Source of the DNA: Dehalococcoidia bacterium
GTDB taxonomy: Bacteria > Chloroflexota > Dehalococcoidia > Plut-88900
Assembly: GCA_965197645.1 (NCBI GenBank)
Contig: OZ240219.1
Coordinates: 992,001 to 1,056,000, forward strand
Length of the DNA stretch: 64,000 bases
Direction: 5' to 3'
Below are positions 58,214 to 64,000 of the stretch, in pieces; within the stretch, counting starts at the first letter, position 1, and every line of letters starts with the position of its first letter. A program made the position numbers and the translations under genes. Under the pieces are notes generated by a model, which ran no database searches, was not told the origin of the DNA, and saw nothing but the letters and a program-made list of their open reading frames with translations.

Positions 58214-59842
58214 CTACTCCGCCCCGTGGACGATCTCGCCGTCCAGTACCGTCATCGCCACCGACAGGTTTCTTATCTCTTCGCCCTGGGCCGAAAGAAG
58301 GTCTCCATCGATGACCGCCAGGTCGGCGGCCTTACCCACCTCGATGGACCCCTTTTCCTTCTCCTGGAAAACGCTGTAGGCGGCGTTGATCGTGTACCCC
58401 CTTATCGCCTCCTCCACCGTGATGCGTTCCGCCTTGCCACAGTCCTGCCCCTCCATCGTGACCCGAGACACCGCCGTGGCGATGTTGTCCAGCGGCCGGA
58501 ACGTGACCACGGACCAATCGGTGCTGAGCACTATGGGCATACCCAGGTCCAGCTCCGACCGCAGGGGTATCAACCCCTTGGCCCGCTCCTCGCCAAGGCT
58601 GGAGAGGAACCCGGCCCCGTTGGCGTAGATGTAGTGGGGTTGGGAGATGGGGATGATGCCCAGCCTGGCGATCCGCTCCAGCTGGCTGGAGGTCGGGTAG
58701 CCGGCGTGCTCGATCCTGTGGCGATGGTCCTCGCGAGGGTGGTCCTTGAGTATCTCCTCGTAGGACCGGATCAGCATCTCCATCGCCCTGTCCCCCTGGG
58801 TGTGGGTGCCAGTCTGAAGCCCGGCGGTGTGGGCATCCTCCAGCAGGTCCTTCAACTCGTCCTGGGTCCAGAAGGTGTAGCCCCGCTCCCCGGTGTTGTG
58901 GTAGGGCTCTTCGAAGGCGGCGGTGCACCCGATGAGCGTACCATCCGAGTAGCACTTGATCGGCCCTATTGAGAGCCACTCATCGCCCATCATGCCGGTC
59001 AGACCCAGCTTCTTGACGTCCTGAAGGTGGTTGGAAAGGTACATGCAGCGGGTCTTGATTCGCAGCAGCCCCCGCCTTTTTGCCTCGATATAGCCGGGCA
59101 TCTCCCGGGAAGTGACCTGAGGGTCGACCACCGAGGTCAGACCCTCCTTGTGGAACTCCTTACACGCGATGTCTACGGCCCTGAGCATCTCGTCCATGGT
59201 TAGAGGAATACCGCCCGATGGGCCGTGGCTGCCGACGTCAACCGTATCCTTGACCAGCACCTGCTGGGCCGAATCCTGGAGCATTCCCGTCAACCGGCCC
59301 TTATCGTCTCGAACGAAGACCCCGCCCTTCGGGTCGGGTATGGTGTCGGGAATCTCCTGCATCTCCAGCGCCTTGGAGTTGACCAGGGCAAAGTGGCCCG
59401 ACGTGTGGGTGATGTAGACGGGATGGCTCCTGGACACCTCATCGATGTCCCAGCGGGTGGGCATGCGGCCCTCGGGATACTTGGCGTAGTCCATTCCCCA
59501 GCCCTTGATCCACTCGCCTTCGGGGGTGTTCTCGGCGGCTTGTGCGATGGTGGAGGCCAGCTCTTCTATGGAGCCTACAGCCGGGTACTTGACGTCTGCC
59601 TGCTCCAATGTCGATCCGCCGAGGAGCATATGATTGTGGGCGTCCATGAACCCCGGGATCAGGGTCTTCCCCTCGATATCGATTACCCTGGTGTCCTGGG
59701 GAAGCCGTTTGCGGACCTCCTCGGCGGGCCCAACGGCGCTGATCCTGTTGTCCTCCACGTAGACGCCGCTGGTGATTGTATTCTTATCGTCGGCCGTAAA
59801 GACCTTGCCGCCAAGAAAAGCGAGTCTGGTTTGCGCCGGCAT
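58214..59842 (-). CDS. Amidohydrolase_3 (YtcJ-like) metal-dependent hydrolase
   Basis: PGFMDAHNH, SGH..NSKAL, K.YSDG, HTQGD, RHRIEH, GSIEVGK.AD. Confidence 0.92.
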   Translation of the reverse strand: MPAQTRLAFLGGKVFTADDKNTITSGVYVEDNRISAVGPAEEVRKRLPQDTRVIDIEGKTLIPGFMDAHNHMLLGGSTLEQADVKYPAVGSIEELASTIAQAAENTPEGEWIKGWGMDYAKYPEGRMPTRWDIDEVSRSHPVYITHTSGHFALVNSKALEMQEIPDTIPDPKGGVFVRDDKGRLTGMLQDSAQQVLVKDTVDVGSHGPSGGIPLTMDEMLRAVDIACKEFHKEGLTSVVDPQVTSREMPGYIEAKRRGLLRIKTRCMYLSNHLQDVKKLGLTGMMGDEWLSIGPIKCYSDGTLIGCTAAFEEPYHNTGERGYTFWTQDELKDLLEDAHTAGLQTGTHTQGDRAMEMLIRSYEEILKDHPREDHRHRIEHAGYPTSSQLERIARLGIIPISQPHYIYANGAGFLSSLGEERAKGLIPLRSELDLGMPIVLSTDWSVVTFRPLDNIATAVSRVTMEGQDCGKAERITVEEAIRGYTINAAYSVFQEKEKGSIEVGKAADLAVIDGDLLSAQGEEIRNLSVAMTVLDGEIVHGAE

Positions 59843-59878
59843 GTTCTCCTCCGGGAGCGGACTTGGAAGCTGGGCCTG

Positions 59879-61303
59879 CTACGAAACGGGAGGGCGCTTG
59901 TCGGCCCAGGGATAGGCCTTCTCGTAAGCCGCCGAGGCCCGGAGCACGGTGGCTTCGTCCCCCTTGGCGCCGATGATGTGCAGGCCCACGGGCAACCCGT
60001 CGGAGTCGAAGCCGCAGGGCACGCTGGACGCCGGCTGTCCGCTCATGTTGATAGGGAAGGTGAAGGGCAGGAAGCCGAACATCGGGTCGACCCTCTGGCC
60101 GGCGATTGTCTCCGGCCGGTCGCCGATGGTCCAAGCGACGGTGGGCATGGTGGGCGATAGAAGCAAATCGTACTTCTGCAGCAGCTCGCCGAGCTTGATC
60201 TGGACCAAGTGCACACCCATCAGCGCCTGGGCGTAGTCGGCGGCGGACCGGCTTCGGCCGTGCTCCATGGAGTATCTGCCGTAGGAAGTCAGCTCCTCGA
60301 TGTTCTCCTCAAGCAAGAACCCGTAGGAGTTGAAGGCGGTGCTGCTAAAGATAGTCCAGAAGTGGCGCCACGGGTTCTCCAGGCCGATGTCCACCTCCTC
60401 GACCGTCGCTCCCAGCTCCTGAAACCTCTCGGCGGCAGCCTCGGTGATGCGTGCGACCTCGGCATCGACAGTAGCGTACCCGTAGTCGGGCGTCCACCCC
60501 AGCTTCATCCCTTCCACCCCATCGTCGAGACGGGAGACGAAGTCGGGCACCTCATCTTTGAGGGAGGTTGGGTCCCGGGGATCGTGGCCCGCTAGGACCT
60601 GAAGCATGATGGCCGCGTCCCTGACGTTGCCGGTCATAGGCCCCGATTGGGATGTCAGATTGGCCGCAGGAGCGCCGCGCCCGACACTGCCGTAGCGAGG
60701 CACCCTCAGTTGGGTGGGTTTGATGCCGAAGACGCTGCAGTAACTGGATGGAATGCGTATGGAGCCTCCGCCATCGCTGCCACTGGCCAGAGAACACAGG
60801 CCCGCGGCCATGGCCGCTCCCGCGCCGCCGCTGGACCCGCCGCTGGTTCGATCAGTGTGCCACGGGTTTCGACAGGGATCGCCCAGCCGATTTTCCGTCG
60901 AGCCCGAAAGTCCGAACTCCGGCGTGTTGGTCTTGCCCAGAATTATCCCCCCGGCCTTGCGTATCCGCTCCACCACTACCGAGTCCTCGTCGGGGACGTG
61001 GTCCTTAAACACCGCGCAGCCGATGGTGCTGCGGATGCCCTTGGAGAACTCCAGGTCTTTGATGGAGGTGGGCACGCCCTGCAACGGGCCCAGGTCCTCG
61101 CCCCGGGCCACCGCCTCGTCCACCCTCTTGGCATCGGCCCGTGCCTCATCGGCGGAGACGGTGAGGTAGGCGTTCAGCTTCGGGTTGAGGTCTTCGATCC
61201 GGTTGAGAAACAGGTCCGTAATCTCGGTTGCCGATACCTCTTTGGACGCGATTAACTCCCGCACGCGCCACGCCGGAGCAAAGGCCAGATCATTGTCGCT
61301 CAT
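59879..61303 (-). CDS. Amidase signature family protein (GatA-like)
   Basis: GVPTSIKD, GKTNTPEFG, GGSSGG, GSDGGGSIRIP. Confidence 0.93.
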   Translation of the reverse strand: MSDNDLAFAPAWRVRELIASKEVSATEITDLFLNRIEDLNPKLNAYLTVSADEARADAKRVDEAVARGEDLGPLQGVPTSIKDLEFSKGIRSTIGCAVFKDHVPDEDSVVVERIRKAGGIILGKTNTPEFGLSGSTENRLGDPCRNPWHTDRTSGGSSGGAGAAMAAGLCSLASGSDGGGSIRIPSSYCSVFGIKPTQLRVPRYGSVGRGAPAANLTSQSGPMTGNVRDAAIMLQVLAGHDPRDPTSLKDEVPDFVSRLDDGVEGMKLGWTPDYGYATVDAEVARITEAAAERFQELGATVEEVDIGLENPWRHFWTIFSSTAFNSYGFLLEENIEELTSYGRYSMEHGRSRSAADYAQALMGVHLVQIKLGELLQKYDLLLSPTMPTVAWTIGDRPETIAGQRVDPMFGFLPFTFPINMSGQPASSVPCGFDSDGLPVGLHIIGAKGDEATVLRASAAYEKAYPWADKRPPVS

Positions 61304-61409
61304 TCAGTCCCTCCCAGGTTGTAGGTACGCTCCCAATCGCATTCTAAGGCATGCGGGGCGTTATTAGAAGGTGTGGCCCAGCTTCGCCGGGTACAGGATG
61401 GGGACGGGG

Positions 61410-62402
61410 CTAGGGTGCCAGTGCTCGGATCGCCTGCATAACCTGCTCTTTGGAGCTCTCACGAGGTGTGACGATAGGGAGGGTGATGCCGGCTTCTCGA
61501 TACTGTTCCAGCTGTTCCCGGCACTGTTCCACGGTACCCAGGACGGCCACGGTTTCCACCACCCTGTCCGGCACCAGCGTCGCCAGCTCTGCGCCCCGTT
61601 TACCGTCCAGATATGCCCGGCGAAGAGCTGCCGCCTCATCGGGGAAGCCGCTCTCAGCCAGGTGCCGGTTGTATCGAGGGAAGAATCCGCCGTAGAAACC
61701 CAGGGTGCTCTTGAGACTTTCGGTCTCCGGCGGGCCGTTTGTAGAGATGCTGACGGACATCAGACTGGCCACCTCCACGTCGCCGGGGTCCCGGCCCGCC
61801 TGCATGGCGCCCTCGGCCACCAGCCGGGCGGCGTTGCGAGCGTTGTCCAGGGTGGCCCAGGTCAGGATAGTGCCCTGGGAAATCTCGCCGCACAACCGGA
61901 GCATCTTGGGGAAGACGGCGGCCAGATAGATGGGTATCTCGCTTCGTAGAGGTCTGAACCAGAGATCGAACCTCTCGATATCGAATATCTCTCCCTTGTA
62001 GCCGGCCTCGCCATCCCGCAGGAGGGCCCGGATGATCTCTACCGACTCCTTCAGCCGCTGGACGGGCTTGGAGTACTCCAGGCCATGCTCGCCGACCACC
62101 TGGACCCGGTGGCTGGAGCCGAGGCCAAGGATGAACCGGCCGTTGGAGAAGTGGTCCACGCAGGCCGAACCCAGAGCTATGGTCGGGGCGCTCCGGACGA
62201 ATACGCTGGTGATGCTGGTGCCCAGCAGGATGTTCTTGGTACCCAGGGCGCAGGCCGTAAGGGTGGAGAAGGGGTCTCCGCCGTGTCCCTCGGATAGCCA
62301 AGCAGAGTGGTAGCCCAGATCGTCGGCCAGCTTGACGCACTCGACAACCTCCGGCGGGGTCATGCCACTGCCGCTGAGTCCCAGTCCTACTTTAGCGGGC
62401 AT
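61410..62402 (-). CDS. LLM-class (Mer-like, F420-dependent) oxidoreductase
   Basis: LGY.SAW..E, I.LGTSI...RSA, SNGRFILGLG, IPIYLAA..PKML. Confidence 0.9.
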   Translation of the reverse strand: MPAKVGLGLSGSGMTPPEVVECVKLADDLGYHSAWLSEGHGGDPFSTLTACALGTKNILLGTSITSVFVRSAPTIALGSACVDHFSNGRFILGLGSSHRVQVVGEHGLEYSKPVQRLKESVEIIRALLRDGEAGYKGEIFDIERFDLWFRPLRSEIPIYLAAVFPKMLRLCGEISQGTILTWATLDNARNAARLVAEGAMQAGRDPGDVEVASLMSVSISTNGPPETESLKSTLGFYGGFFPRYNRHLAESGFPDEAAALRRAYLDGKRGAELATLVPDRVVETVAVLGTVEQCREQLEQYREAGITLPIVTPRESSKEQVMQAIRALAP

Positions 62403-62482
62403 CGGTTACTTCCTGGGTGGCCTTACTGCCACTGTGATCTACATCGTCAGCCTGGCGTTGCTGTTCACCCTGGTTGGTTAGC

Positions 62483-63151
62483 CTACCTTTTGGGCAGCTG
62501 GGGTAGTAACCAGGAGAGGAAGGCGTCCGAGCTGCGGGACTGAAGATAGATCTTGCCTGGTCCCGTAAGCTCAACCACCAGTCCCTCACCGCTGAACAGA
62601 GTGGACTTCAGTCCCCCTACACGGGTAACGCGATAATCGACGTTCTGGTCGAAGGCCACCATGTGCCCCGTATCGACGATGTAGGTCTCTCCGTGTTTCA
62701 GCTCCTTCTCGTGGATTGCGCCGTAGCTGGAGACGAACAGGTCGCCTCGACCCTGTACCCGGAGCAGGAACAGCCCCTCTTTGGAGAAGAAGGTCTTAGC
62801 CCCACCCCAGGTGGTATCGACATCGACGCTGGATGAGCAGGCCATATAGGACCCCGACTGGACCAGCAGGGTGTCATCGTTCATGTCCATGTGCGCGATG
62901 TCTCCGGGCAACGAGGGTGCGAGGGTAATCTCACCTGCTTCCTCGGCACGGAAGGTGTTGAGGAAGAAGCTCTCGCCACCCATGAAGGTCCTGGCAAGTC
63001 CGCCCAGGATACCGCCCCTGGTGTGGGTCTTGATGCTGATGTTGGGGGACATGCTGACCATCGCACCGGCCTCGGCCACTATCTCCTCGCTTCGATGCAG
63101 ATTGAGCACGGCCAGCGAGTAGGAAGGTTTGTAAAGGATGTCGTAGTCCAC
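62483..63151 (-). CDS. TIGR00266/AIM24 family protein
   Basis: AEAGAMV, GGESFFLN, LAPSLPGDI, SSYGAI, VDTGHMVAF, SGEGLV..GPG...QSR. Confidence 0.92.
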   Translation of the reverse strand: MDYDILYKPSYSLAVLNLHRSEEIVAEAGAMVSMSPNISIKTHTRGGILGGLARTFMGGESFFLNTFRAEEAGEITLAPSLPGDIAHMDMNDDTLLVQSGSYMACSSSVDVDTTWGGAKTFFSKEGLFLLRVQGRGDLFVSSYGAIHEKELKHGETYIVDTGHMVAFDQNVDYRVTRVGGLKSTLFSGEGLVVELTGPGKIYLQSRSSDAFLSWLLPQLPKR

Positions 63152-63411
63152 GCAGATGCCTCCTGTGTCGGCTAGTTGTCTCGAACGTTAATCTATTTTA
63201 AGGTTAGGATGCAGGGTAAAGGCTGTCAAGGAGGCTGGGCTGTACCCCGTTCATGGCACAGCAACGCTCCGCCCTTATTGGAGGTCTCTTCCGATTGTAA
63301 ACTCAACAGAGCCTCTATCCTTCGGATAGCTATCCAATACCCCTGGTACAGTGGGCGCAGACGGTTGCCGCGCGTGGTACGATTTATCGTGCCTGGACAG
63401 AGGATGGAGTC

Positions 63412-63579
63412 ATGGCATACGATCTGACATTCGTAATCAACCCCGAAACCGAGTCCGCTTCCTTCGGCCTTCTAATCAAATCGCTGGAGGACATCAGTCG
63501 GCTACTGCGTGACGTAGATCGATCGATCTATGGCGCCAAGTCTCGAAACCAGTGGTTGGTTCGCAAGCTGCGAGTCTGA
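63412..63579 (+). pseudogene. Short unlisted ORF (55 aa), probable truncated gene start
   Basis: GGAG RBS then MAYDLTFVINPETESASFGLLIKSLEDISRLLRDVDRSIYGAKSRNQWLVRKLRV*; protein-like beta-alpha pattern that ends abruptly. Confidence 0.4.
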
Positions 63580-63618
63580 ACTATTGGATGTAGGGCAAAG
63601 GTAAGAGGGAGATTGGGA

Positions 63619-63975
63619 ATGGGAACATTCTCAGTGCACATCGGTGTGAGTGACGGAAACGGCGGGTCTATTCGATGGGTTGATGTGCTGGCAGACTCAG
63701 GCGCCACTTACACGGTATTGCCGGATTCCTTACTACGGGAGCTGATAGGGGTACAACCTCAAGAACACCTGAACTTCACCTTGGCCGACGGCAGACAGAA
63801 GCTGTTGCCGGTTGGAGAGGCACGCCTCTCGGTTGAGGACAGGGAGGCTACAAATCGGGTCGTGTTTGGAGAAGAGGGCCAATACTTACTTGGTGCTACT
63901 ACGCTCCAGGTGTTCGGATTGATTCCCGATACCACTAATCACAAATTGATCCCCGCCCCGAAACTGCTCATTTAG
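63619..63975 (+). CDS. Clan AA (retropepsin-like) single-domain aspartic protease
   Basis: MGTF.V.I, LADSGATYTVLP, F.LADG, LLGATTL..GL..D. Confidence 0.88.
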   Translation: MGTFSVHIGVSDGNGGSIRWVDVLADSGATYTVLPDSLLRELIGVQPQEHLNFTLADGRQKLLPVGEARLSVEDREATNRVVFGEEGQYLLGATTLQVFGLIPDTTNHKLIPAPKLLI

Positions 63976-64000
63976 CACACCGGCGGGCTCCCGTCTCAGA

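Noticed and set aside
59879-61303. gatA
   Set aside because: No gatB/gatC neighbours and lacks GatA-specific C-terminal features; generic amidase.
62580-62592. 13-bp match AGTCCCTCACCGC to the tRNA-Val(TAC) 3' region as a possible attR
   Set aside because: It lies inside the conserved SGEGL codons of an intact AIM24-family gene and lacks the CCA end; likely chance.

Overview
GC-rich chromosomal window. Its content points to a Chloroflexota/Dehalococcoidia SAR202-type genome, possibly host- or sponge-associated (inference): five luciferase-like monooxygenases, tandem CocE hydrolases, amidohydrolases, amidases, SDRs, Tat-lipoprotein signals and characteristic MITE/REP repeats. Layout: surE-dinB; five tRNAs (Met, Val-CAC, Leu-CAG, Arg-GCG, Val-TAC); a tRNA-adjacent accessory/defence region of about 19 kb; then about 42 kb of catabolic genes. 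The accessory region holds a eukaryote-type sterol 24-C-methyltransferase, an hsdM remnant, a 5'-truncated SF1 helicase-nuclease, a KAP NTPase, a type IIG R-M gene and a DUF262+HEPN pair. Most notable findings: (1) a bshA/bshB1 locus whose third gene is a highly divergent, shortened BshC-like ligase with a CxxC..CxC insertion, a possible new bacillithiol-type pathway; (2) an Opp/Dpp permease with a complete 7-repeat BNR/YCF48 beta-propeller inserted in its first extracytoplasmic loop and no adjacent binding protein or ATPase; (3) an AioA/IdrA-like molybdoenzyme with its own Tat-lipoprotein signal and a non-canonical active-site motif; (4) an unlisted, apparently leaderless Cys-rich microprotein with an in-frame TGA. 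All family calls come from motif recognition by eye; no database searches were run.
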